From positions 1 to 54,599 of the forward strand of contig JAUCBJ010005450.1 of NCBI GenBank assembly GCA_032718475.1: a stretch of DNA of 54,599 nt. Reading direction: 5' to 3'. This document shows positions 38,282-49,086 of the stretch, in pieces. The translations under genes were made by a program, and so were the position numbers. Position 1 is the stretch's first letter. Each line of letters begins with the position of its first letter. The notes under the pieces were generated by a model. That model made no database searches. It was not told where the DNA came from and was given only the letters and a program-made list of their open reading frames with translations. The stretch is from Nemertoderma westbladi (Eukaryota > Animalia > Xenacoelomorpha).

Positions 38282-39530
38282 CTCTCTAACACTCAGATCG
38301 GCTAACTCTGCCTCTCTCGCCTCTCGCTCTCTGCGCTCATTCACTTCTCTCTCAATCCTCTCAGCTTTCCTCGCTTCTAGCTCTTCGTGCTCGTTCACTT
38401 CTCTCTCAACCCTCTCTGCCTCCCTCGTGCCCCGCTCTTTGCACTGATTCATTTCTCTCTCAACCCTCTCTGCCTCCCTCGCATCATGGTCTTTGCACTC
38501 GTTTGTCTCTTTCTCTTCACATTCTCTATGCTCACTCTCTTCCCTTTCCTCCCTTTTTCTGCCCTCACTTATTTTCCTCTCCTCGCCCTCTCTATAGTTT
38601 CTCACCACTTTCTCGACCCTCTCTTTACACTCTCTCACTAGCTGCCTTTCCCTTTCTAATAACGCAGTCCCCTCATCCAGCTGTCTCTCTGATTCCTTTT
38701 GGTCTAATGCGACCAAGTCTAGCTGACACACCAGATCTATCTCTAACACCCTTCTTGCTTTCGCAGAGGATGTAGTGGACTTTTCGGTTGCGACAGACTC
38801 CTGTCGCCTGTTTGTTCTACTAATTTTGCCGTGCTTACTAGCATTTCTACTAACCGATGACACCGAATCTTCGGGGTTAACCTCGGGTTTGTGTCGTGCG
38901 GATCCACCCATCCCACTAACTTAATTCCCTGTGCATCCACTAGATAAGGCCCTATCTAGGTTGCATTATCTCGGATCACCACAATTCGAACAGGTCTGTG
39001 GCAACCCCCCTTACCCTCTCACTCGCTAGTTCTCCCTACCCAAATCGGACTAGGTAGTGGAAATGTTTATTGCACTCCCCGAGTCTCCGGTACAACTTGG
39101 GCTGGTCTACCTTTCCTCCAGTCTTAGCATCCTTGAATATCTTCCTCATCGCGTTGTACCCTCATTGTAGGCGATCGCTCGTCTGAACTTGACCTTCTCT
39201 CCTCGTCCGGCGTCGTACCGACGGCCCCACCATTGCCATTCCAGTGGGCCGTTCGCCGCCTTCGGCCACTGGTTGGCTGGTGATTCCGGTACTTCGTTCG
39301 CCGCTCTGATCTCATGCCGACTTGCGTCTCCCTTCTCCTTGTACTCGACCGCTCTCCTCCTCAACGACCAAACCGTCTTTCCTCGGCGAATCTGGTGTGG
39401 CGGGCCGGTACTGCCTCGTCGTTGCCTCCCGAATTGTTTGGTCTCTATCGCTCGGGGTGCACGGTGGGCTTCCTTCTCCCTCTGGACCTTGGGGTGGTTG
39501 TTCGCTCATCATCCCATTGAGTGTCCTCAC
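36638..39530 (-). pseudogene. Decayed BEL/Pao gag of E3
   Basis: DUF1759-like AWRALDREFGHPAKII...LPIWLRNKW...FLNYEAELITDPVYS; E/R-rich coiled coil at 38240-38911 including a (CT)n microsatellite; many stops and frameshifts. Confidence 0.75.
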
Positions 39531-39587
39531 AGTTTCCTTGAGTTTTCCTTGAAGTCATGGTTTAGACTTTCTAAGCGTGGTTTAAAC

Positions 39588-40201
39588 TGTGACAGGATCC
39601 CCAAGTTGGCGAGGGAATCCTGACCGATGTGTTTGTTTCTTTTGAATAATATGCATCGCTGCGTCCGCTGGCTGCTGAAAGGCTTGTGGTATCTGAAAGG
39701 CCAGAGGCCGAAAGAATAACTGAGTTTTAGTGGCAGTTGTTCGTAATGTCAGAATACAATAATAGCACAGCTAGAATACAATAATAGCATGGTTACTGAC
39801 GACGGTTTAAACCGTCTTGCTTCCACAGCTCTACACAAACCAACTGAACAACAGGTAATAAAGGCAACAGTTATATTACTAACACATATGGAATATTGCT
39901 ACTTGGTACGTGGCCTGGCCAATGGATGCATCCCAATCGGATGGTGTTCTGCCCCACCATTGGCTAATATATCCTTCCTTACCTTGGCAATCCCTGTTCT
40001 CTGATACCCACGTGCTAGCTCCCTTCGTCCCCCTGAGATGGCTTGTAGCCTCTCATCTCTCCTTGTGGCTGCCAATGTATATTGCCTCCGTTGGTTATTA
40101 GGTGACACTATATTGGTAATGTCACCTAGCCAACTATAATTGGTAAAAAGCCACTTTCCCCATTTTCCGCTAGGTAGTGCAGCGAATTGGATCCGCTCAC
40201 A
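39588..40201 (-). repeat. 5' LTR of E3
   Basis: Terminal inverted repeats TGTGA..GGATCC at both ends; direct repeat of 32009-32584. Confidence 0.9.
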
Positions 40202-41324
40202 TTAGTAGAGTAAACTGGTCTTTGGGGCCGTTTCCCAGGTTGTGGACCACAATGTGGATAGGGAAAACATTTCACACATAGCACAAATTGTTATTTGTCT
40301 GCTTAGGCTACTGTGTATTAGATTAGAAGAGAGCTGGGGTGGGAGCTGGGGGGGGGGGGGGTCTCCCCCAAATAGACTACTGTAGGCCCACTGTTTAATA
40401 GAGCATGCTGTTCACAAACGCCTTATTACATATTCACTTTAGAATAGGCGCTACCTTTATGTTTAATAATTGAAGTATTATTTATTATTATATCCTAGCA
40501 AAGATAAGAAGTTGATGAAACAGAGATATGTCGCTTTTAGGTTGCAATGTTATTCATCTCATTATTGTTTCAAATTGTTTGCACAAAAATACTTGTCCTC
40601 GCTTTAATATGTAAATTTATATGGTGGCCCTCAACCGCCGCACCACCGCGAGAATAATTAATATAGGTCCATCTGATGCAACACAACTCCCCGAACACGA
40701 TTTTGTATGCAATAACACGTCCGGGTGGGTTGGCTAAACATCTGGTCCGGTCGAGAGGTTTTTCTTCAAATATTTTTTTCTCGCAGTAGCAGTTCAGGGC
40801 CACATTGTAAATCAAAATAGGCGAAGATAAAAATAAAATAATCTGGCAATAACAACAATTAAATTGCCTTATGACTCTAGAGTCCCTATTGGCAGATATG
40901 ACAAACACACTTGTTAACTACTGTACAGTACATGTACTGTTCTTATCCTGGGACTTTGGACCAATAGTTGAAAGGTAAATTCCATGTAAAAGATTGCAGC
41001 CTGGACCGGAATACAGACATGTAATAAGTTTTATTGCAAATGTAATAAATAATAATTGGATATAATTATTGTATTGTATTATTATAACTTTTATTGTTAA
41101 TATTTAAATATTTTTGTATTTCATTGATGTTGTTTTTAACCCCTTAAACATGATCAACGTCATTAATAACGAGAACAGGGGTTATAAGAAACTATTAATG
41201 AACACGTTGACAGTGATTATGGCTCTATTGGCAGCCATCGTTACTGCGCACCCTGAAATAATACAGAATATAATGACATCAGATATTTTTAAAGCGGCAT
41301 TTCGAAGTGGTGATTCTGGTAATA

Positions 41325-43551
41325 CAGTCCCGCTCTCAAAAAGCATTCCTTTGATCAAACATTGATCAAACTTTGATCAAACATTGATCAAAGTTTGATC
41401 AAATATTGAAATGTATCAGGCTTATAAATCCTGCCATTGAGTTCTACCAAAGGCGCTGCACTTCAAAGTCTAGATTCCCACTGAGCTGTGTGTCAATCAA
41501 GCAGCCCTAACTCTCTCTCTCTCTCTCTCTGCTCTCTGTGTGTGTAATGCTCCATGTGCTCTGTAGGATGTCTGCAGAGCACATAGGACACCACTTCCAT
41601 ATCATACCATAGGTTTGTAAGCTATAGCCGTTATTTAAACCAGTTAAAGCCTAGGTTATAATAATTTACAGCGATTATCAGAAAATAACAGCCGCAATTG
41701 AATCTCCACTTGGCGGTGTGGTGGTAATGAAAGTAATGGCAGGTATGGGCTGTGAGGAGTTTAATTCGGAGTTACGCAATGGGTTGGGTGGATGGCTACA
41801 ATACATTAGAATGGTGGGGGGGGGGGGGGGCACTAGCGTACCGAGGGGGAGGCCATATGAAAGCATACTGAAGTCTTTCCATTTGAAATGAGAAAAAAAA
41901 TAATATATAGGCCTATATATATTAAAGATCCACATTCCAAATTTTCTGAAACAAAAGCATTTTTCTAAAGGGGGGGGGGGGGGGGGGGTAATATAAGAAT
42001 ATCCCTTGGTATTATTATATCAGTTGACATTGTGGCCTTCTGGCTGGCCACAAGTGGGAAATACGTTGCTTTCTTGTAAGGAGAAATAATTGATTCGAGT
42101 CACAACAAATTATGTCATAGGGAGTACAGGAGTCAGCGGTCTCCGTGCTATTTGCTGTATATTATTAGCTTGGGGTGCCGACAGCGACAGACCACTAACA
42201 AAGTAAAGGCATATCATGTGTAATGGCTCTTAGCTTATGCCGCCCCAGCATGTAAAACCATTTATCTGCTGTGGAATGGAATTCCCCGAAATTTCGAAAT
42301 TTACTATAAAGTCTTCCCAAGAGATTAGACAGCCAACTAACCCACACACAGGAGGCCGCCAACCAAAGAGATTGGCCTCCTGGCACTGAGCTGGCCTAGT
42401 CGCAAAGGAACTATGCAGGTAGTAATGTGTACTAAACAATACTAATGGCTACAATACATTATAATGGGGGGGGGGGGAGGGGGGGGGTGCAGGTCCGCAG
42501 CTTGTACAATGATATAGTCATAGTCCACAACAAGAGAGGGGATGGGATCACTGGGGTTATATTGATGCCTTGTCCTTGACTTACAACGACCTGTGAGCAA
42601 AAGTGTGGTTTGTCGGCCGGATGGTTAAAACCCTCCATTAATTAAAAATGAATGAGCATAATTTAATAAGTATTACTAACCCAATTTGATTTTTAATATT
42701 TAAAAAATTATAATTACAATACGTTAATCTGAATTAAAAAATACGTAACTAATGATGTACATAACATAGTTTACTTTAAAACAAATTAGATTTTCAATAA
42801 AATTACCTTATCAGAGTATTAAAATTAAATTACGTACATTTTTAGAAGGTATTTTAGGGGGTGCGCTGGCGCTAGCGCTTGGATTTATTTATTTCTTTAT
42901 TTACATTTATTAGTATAATTAGAGACAGGGGCAGGAAGGAAGCTTGTCGAATTTACACAATTACTGTATAAGCAAATGCAATGCAACGGCAGCCATCGCG
43001 CTGCTACGTCAATGGAGGTCTTTGGCCTTGATTCTGATTTAAGGAACATTGAAACTAATTTCTAATATAACAATAATTTAAAAATATTCCAAAGGATGTT
43101 TTTCTGAACTAGTTGTTGGTGTAATAATAGGCCCTGCCCTACAAGAACAAGACTCAGTCTGGGACACTACCACAACACTGCCATGTAAATCCAATCGCGG
43201 TCCATCCACAAAGTCAAGCAAGCTCCATCCACCGCCCTGTCAATCACATCGCGGCTTGGCCATTAACAAAAGCCAGTTCTCGGCGGGAATCTGAGTTCAA
43301 AGGCATGCCGCAGAAGAGCGATGTAAACTGTTACCTTGAAATCATTTCAATGTCATTTCAATATGAGACAGAAAGTCTGGAATTTCGGTCCATCGATTTC
43401 AAGGTCATTTCAATATGCCATCAATGTCATTTCAATGTCAATGCTACTTTCAATGATATTCTATGGACACATTTTGATCAAACTTTGATCAATGTTTGAT
43501 CAAAGTTTGATCAATGTTTGATCAAAGGAATGCTTTTTGAGAGCGGGACTG
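41325..43551. mobile_element. Non-autonomous TIR DNA transposon (TA TSD, CAGT termini; Tc1/mariner-like or CMC-like)
   Basis: About 78-bp essentially perfect TIR CAGTCCCGCTCTCAAAAAGCATTCC followed by tandem TTGATCAA palindromes; TA on both sides; no transposase recognised. Confidence 0.9.
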
Positions 43552-44332
43552 TACGAATACCGACAACATTGACAACATAGTCAACGGAACAGCTGCAATA
43601 GATAAAGTGTTTGGAGGTGAGGGTCTTTCCCAGACTATTAACCACGAACTGGCAAACACCGCACAAGCTAAAATAGACAATTTACTTACTACTGAGTAAG
43701 TATAAAAACGTAATAATTTATGCAATATAGTAAATCATTAATTTTTTTATAAAATGGAACAGTTCATTCAGCCACACTATTCGTTTACACATTAAAACAT
43801 AATAAAGGTGCAAGGGGGGCATAAGGGGTGGCAGAACAATTATGATGCATTATTGTAATTTGTAAGCGTTCGTAACGCTGTATATCCCATTAAAATATCG
43901 TTACAACTTACATATATAATATACTATATAGATAATTAATAAGAGACAGCGGAGTAACAGTATAGCACAATCAGCCCATCACCATGTATAGTATACCACT
44001 ATAATACCAGTAAGCATTTAAGCTGTAGGCCTATTTACAGTAGTATATACAATACTCCAGTTCCGTCAGATAGTTGTGTCCGTTGTGTATGCGGTAGGCC
44101 ATGCCCAACAGGTCATAACCATTATGGACCTATAATTCTACCACCTTTATTATAGGAAGGGATCTTGGGGTCTTAGCCTCGAATGATAAGTTTTCATTTA
44201 CCGAAAATAACTTATCTTTTATTGGCGCAATTGTAGGACTAATCCCATCACATGCGTACTTTTTAACTGGGTAGTGTACAAATTTAGGAATCGCATAATA
44301 TTCATTGAAATGAATATCACATATCTCTCCAA

Positions 44333-44375
44333 ACCACGTACGCGTTTCGACCTTACTGGGTCTCATCAGCGTGGT
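44333..44375 (-). ncRNA. Minimal type I hammerhead ribozyme
   Basis: ACCACG-CUGAUGA-GACC-CAGUAA-GGUC-GAAAC-GC-GUA-CGUGGU: full catalytic core, 6-bp stem I, 4-bp stem II, palindromic ACGCGU stem III. Confidence 0.85.
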
Positions 44376-44438
44376 GTCGGATTCGAACCTGGGACCTCGA
44401 GGTGGAAGCCGAGACAACAACCACTAGGCCACAGGTTC
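44372..44438 (-). promoter_or_regulatory. tRNA-derived (Gly-TCC-like) Pol III promoter head
   Basis: A box TGGCCTAGTGG, B box GGTTCGAATCC, anticodon-like loop CTTCCAC; acceptor stem does not pair. Confidence 0.75.
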
Positions 44439-46030
44439 TTGAGATATGGAGTATTAATTTCAAAGCCAGCTCCCATTTTATTAGCACCTGATTTGTATTA
44501 TTGATAGTAACAATGTGTTGTCAAGCTGTATTATTATACATTAATTATAGAATAAGTTATTTTCGGTTAATGAAAACTTATCATTCGAGGTTAAGACCCC
44601 CTAGATCCCTCCCTATAATAAATGTATAATAACAAATACCTCAAAAACACAGCTTGCCAACACATTGTTACTACCTACCACCTGTCGCACAATTATTTTC
44701 TAGAATTAACGACCATAGCCTCAATACTTTGGCCTACTTTATTCTTATCTACAACGTTTGAAGATAGAATACAAACAAACATAATCAATTATAATGTACC
44801 TGTAGCTGTTATGGGTGAATGTGTAGTTTCATTATTAATATAATTTTTGATTAGCACATCTTATCGAATTTGGCTTTGAATTTAAGGTTTTTTTTATACT
44901 TTTCTAACATTTCGTCACGGGTTTTACTTGGTACTACTGTAGTACTCTCTGCCACCCCGTGATGAAAAGCTATGATAGGGTTATACTGTATAAAGGCGTA
45001 TCTTGAAGGAAAGCCCGGTAATTAAAAATTGTCGGTAATTCCAGGCCTTTGCCTATTTTAGGTGGAGACAGAGAGTAGTCTGTAACATCAACGAAGGAAT
45101 TAGTGCAAATGACATAGATGAAGTCATCGACAACATTGCCAAAATGCACAATATGCCAGACGACTTAAAGAATATGTACAAAAAAGCGAAAGATGGAAAC
45201 ATCCACGCATTGGATTTCGTTGAGTATGTCGACGCTAACGCAGTGTTTCATTACGGACGCCTCGCCGTTCTCAAACAGACCAACGGCGACTACATGGTGG
45301 TACAAGCTCTCGCGAGTCTCAAGGCAACTTTGGCTCCATTGGATATCCAACCCAAAGAGGCGGTGGAGACAGCTAAACAGTTCGAATGGTATCGGTATGG
45401 TGCGGGCGACCAGGCCGCAATCAATACCAGAGCCCAGACTGAGTTCAGGGAATTCTTCAAACGATCCATAGGGTCTCAGATTCATCAAAATTGCCAGGAT
45501 TTTAAACACGATATAAGTAAAAAGGCTCCGGACGCTGCTAATATGTTTGAATCGACTGAAAATGCTGAACCGGTAAAGCCTGAAGTCATAAGTTCTTAAC
45601 GTCAATAACACATTCGAAAGCTTTATTTCAGTACAGCTTATTAAATTCAGCTTCGGTTCAAATACATAAATAGGTTCCTGCATAATTTACAATTTTTAAA
45701 ATAATTAATTTATAATTAAATACTTTTTAAAATATTTAAGAGTATAATTAAATTTATTTAAATATAAAAAACAATATGCCAAATAGTGTAGGCCTAAAAG
45801 CCGTTTTGACTAAAACTATTAAATTTATAGAGCCAATCAATATGTTATATATTTTTTGTCTGATGCATCATGTCTGGTCTCTTTTGTCCTGCTAAATTTC
45901 AGCTGAGGCTATATTTTGTACCAAAACAAAAAATAATAGAAAATAGGAGACAAAATAATGGCAAAAGCAGACAGACAGACAACATAATCTAATTAATTTA
46001 TTATTACTAATTATTATACATAGTATATCT

Positions 46031-46618
46031 TGTAAGCGGATTCAATTCCGCCTCATTACCCTCATACAGTACAATGGGATACGGCATTTTCAGCAATATG
46101 TTGGAGATACGAGATTAGCAATAATTAATCTCGTATCACAACCAACATCGGGGACAGTACAAACCCCAAAGCCACACACAAAGGGAGGTTTGAGGTCAAA
46201 CCACCTCGGAGGGGACACAGCTAACAGGGGCTAGCAACAGAGGGGAAACACTCCCAGAGAATGGAAGGGTGTGAAGTAGGTTGTTAGCCAATAGGGGCGA
46301 GGGAGAGCATCCACTAGGTAGCAGGCCAAGGTAATGTAGGAGTGAAGTAATCATATATTATCTCCTACATACCGGTTTATCATTCAGTTACCCAGTTGTC
46401 AGTTTCAGTGCAGACCGGCATTATTGTCTTACCGTCATCACAGTGCTGTTATATGCTGTCATCACATATTACTATTACCGGTTTTATCATTACTGTGCTA
46501 TCATTACACATATTATTATATATCGGAACGAAAGGAACATCAAACTCAAACATTTTCTCCACCAGCCTGCGGCGACGCGTACAAACATAACCCAGTCGGG
46601 ATCCCTGATCCCGTCACA
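46031..46618 (+). repeat. 5' LTR of a further E2/E3-family element (E5), followed by a short leader that abuts the RTE
   Basis: Starts TGTAAGCGGATTCAATT...CATTACCC like the E2 LTR and shares GGCATTTT...GAGATTA.CAATAAT; ends GATCCCGTCACA. Confidence 0.78.
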
Positions 46619-46698
46619 GTAAGACAATATTGAGAACTACTAGAACTGTGACTGCTAGAAGAGATAAAGTAAAGATGAGCGATAGAGGACCCCGATCA

Positions 46699-48880
46699 TC
46701 AGAGGGAGTGAGGAAGTAGATCTGGTATGACGTCGTCTTTACTTCGCCAGAAGTACCCACTGAATCTTAATCTGCGTTGTTGTCTCCAGCTGATGTTTAG
46801 GGCTGCCCTTAGTAGTCTTGTGTAGCAACCATCAATTCGTTGTTCAAGTGATTTAGTCAGTGTCCTGGTCTCACCCCCGTATAAAAATACACTTTCCACT
46901 GTGGCTCGAAAGAACTTAGTCTTCAGGTGCCTGGAGAGATCTGATTTCCAGATGGTATCCATTTTTGATAGAGCTACCCAAGCCTTTGCTTTCCTAACTT
47001 CTATGTCCTTTTTGCTACTCTCTATCCATGATCCAAGGTACTGGAAGTCATCGACCTTCCTTAGTTGATTATTAGCAATGGTTGTCAAGTTTCCATCAAC
47101 ATTAAAGGTCATGAATTCGGTCTTGGTAGCATTTATATGTAATCCAACCTCCTTAGCAGCCCTCTCCACTTTATTTAGTAGAAGCTGTGCATCTGCTAGC
47201 GTATTAGAGAGCAGGGCGATGTCATCCGCAAAGTCGGTGTCTGTGACTGTAGTTGCCGGATATCTACTGCTTCTGCGTTCTTGAAGTGTGAATCCCAGAT
47301 CTTCACCCTTTGTGGCCGTCCTCATTGCGTAATCCAGCACAATTACAAATAGTAATGGTGTTAATGTGTCACCTTGCAGTACGCCAGCCAGGATTGAGAA
47401 AAACTCAGTTTCACCATCTGGTGAGAGTACCTGCGCTTCTGTGTCACAATATAACAATCCAATGCCAGCAACAATTACTTCTGGTATTCCATAAGCTCTT
47501 AGGATTTCAAGCATTTTACCTCTATGGATGGAGTCGAATGCCTTCTTGAAGTCCACAAAAGTCATGACTGCGGGGAGATTCTTTGACTTAATTCCTTCAA
47601 TCAGTCTCCGTAGTGCAAGTATCTGAGCTATTGTTGATCTACTTGGTCGAAATCCGTTTTGGCTCATACGCAGTAGTTTCTCTATGTGAGGCCTAATCCT
47701 ATATAGAATCATTTTATTGTATATTTTGGCAGCTACCACAAGCAGACAGATCCCACGATAGTTTGTTGGTATGCCGAGGTCTCCTTTCTTGGGGAGAGGC
47801 TTTAGTTGACCTTTAGTCCAAATTGGTGGTGGCTTTTCCCCTTTTAACATCCGGTTGCAAACATTCAATAATGGTCTATTTAGCACTCAGGTTTTCCATA
47901 CCTCCGCTGGGATTTCATCTAATCCACTCGCTTTATTATTGGACATGCTTTTAATGCTTGTTTGGAGTTCGGCAGGTGTGAAGTCCCCTGTTTCTATAGG
48001 TAGTGTCTTGTCATATATTTTCCTTGTAGGGCTGACCTCGATGTTTGGTGGCTGCCCAAGCAAGTTGCTGAAGTGATTTTTCCACTTCCCAACACGTTCT
48101 TCAGGACTATCGGCTTTGAGGCGCCCCTTTGCACAACTTTTCCGACCAGATACCTCATTTACAGTTTGCCAGGTAAGTCTTGATTGTTGCTGTATGTGAG
48201 CAGTTGTAATTGCTTCAGTTTTATCCTGTATGTACTTTTCCTGGCTGATGTTGTAGGCCAATTTAAGATTGTCCTTAGCTTTCTCAACCTTGTTAATGTT
48301 TTCGGTTGTTGGTTGTTCGGTTTTAACTTTGTAGGCTATCTTAAGATCTTCTCTCTTACAAGTAACCTCAGAGTTTTGCCATGGCACATACTGTTTTCGT
48401 TTAGGTTTCTGGGGGATATGCCTCTTAGCTGATTCCTTGTGGGCTGTTATTATATTCTGGTATATTGAATCGGTGGATTGGTCTTCATCCATTGACTGAA
48501 GTGCTTCAAAGCGGTTTCGAACTTCTACTGTATAAGCATCCTTTACAGCATTGTCAGTTCTGAGTTTCTCCCAGTCATAGTTGATTTGCTTGCTTGTCCT
48601 GGGTTTGCTGGCTCTCAAACTGAGTCTGATCTCTGCAGTCACAATTCTGTGGTCCGAACCAATTAAGTTGAACGAGCTGTATGCCTCGCAGTTGATCATG
48701 CTATTTCGCCACTTTTTGTTTATAAGGATGTAATCCAGTTGTGCTTTGGTTCCATTAGGGTATTGAACGGTCCATAGCTTCCCCTTACTCTTTTCGAATG
48801 TGTTGTTTGTTGGTATCAATTCACATTCTTCCATTAGGTCTAAAAGTAAGTACCCATTTCTGTTAGAACTGGTGTTGATG
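46699..48880 (-). mobile_element. RTE-clade LINE fragment (AP endonuclease tail plus RT, one in-frame stop at 47887, both ends truncated)
   Basis: QLDYIL, GSDH; NYRGICLL, QNGFR, VDFKKAFDSI, GVLQGDTLTPLLF, DFADD, FQYLGS, SVFLYG.ET.TL. Confidence 0.9.
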
Positions 48881-49015
48881 AATTATTTCACTATAAGATA
48901 GCATTTGTAGTTTAACTTTAACGTAAAAACTTTTGAAAATCCGACGTATTTTGATTAAGTTACAGTAATGTAATATGCCTATTCATATTTGTACACATAA
49001 AACCCTTAGGTACTC

Positions 49016-49086
49016 TCGTGGCGTAGTGGTCAGATGGTTAAGGCGTTGGTTACATTACGTAGGTTACGAGTTCGAATCCCAGTCGG
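49016..49086 (+). promoter_or_regulatory. tRNA-like A/B-box segment
   Basis: TGGTCAGATGG (49027) and GAGTTCGAATC (49068); no complete cloverleaf. Confidence 0.6.

Larger units (their letters stand above)
32009..40201 (-). mobile_element. BEL/Pao element E3 (same LTR family as E2), decayed deletion derivative with nested insertions
   Basis: Two similar LTRs, a poly-G PPT at 32585-32600, gag fragments and a DUF5641 tail remnant (ESCLLEESP) near 33620. Confidence 0.88.
44146..44622. mobile_element. Inverted-repeat-bounded small element (MITE-like) containing a tRNA-like head and a hammerhead
   Basis: About 70-bp inverted repeats at 44146-44215 and 44552-44622. Confidence 0.78.
41198..45599 (+). 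pseudogene. Two-exon gene for an uncharacterised secreted protein (268 aa reconstructed), exon 1 interrupted by a transposon
   Basis: join(41198-41324, 43554-43695, 45062-45599) gives 807 nt of open frame; signal-peptide-like MNTLTVIMALLAAIVTA; GA|GTAAGT donor and TTTTAG|G acceptor match in phase 2. Confidence 0.8.

Noticed and set aside
44372-44438. Functional tRNA-Gly gene
   Set aside because: The acceptor stem does not pair and the anticodon stem is irregular; treated as a derived promoter head. The segment at 49016-49086 likewise lacks a full cloverleaf.
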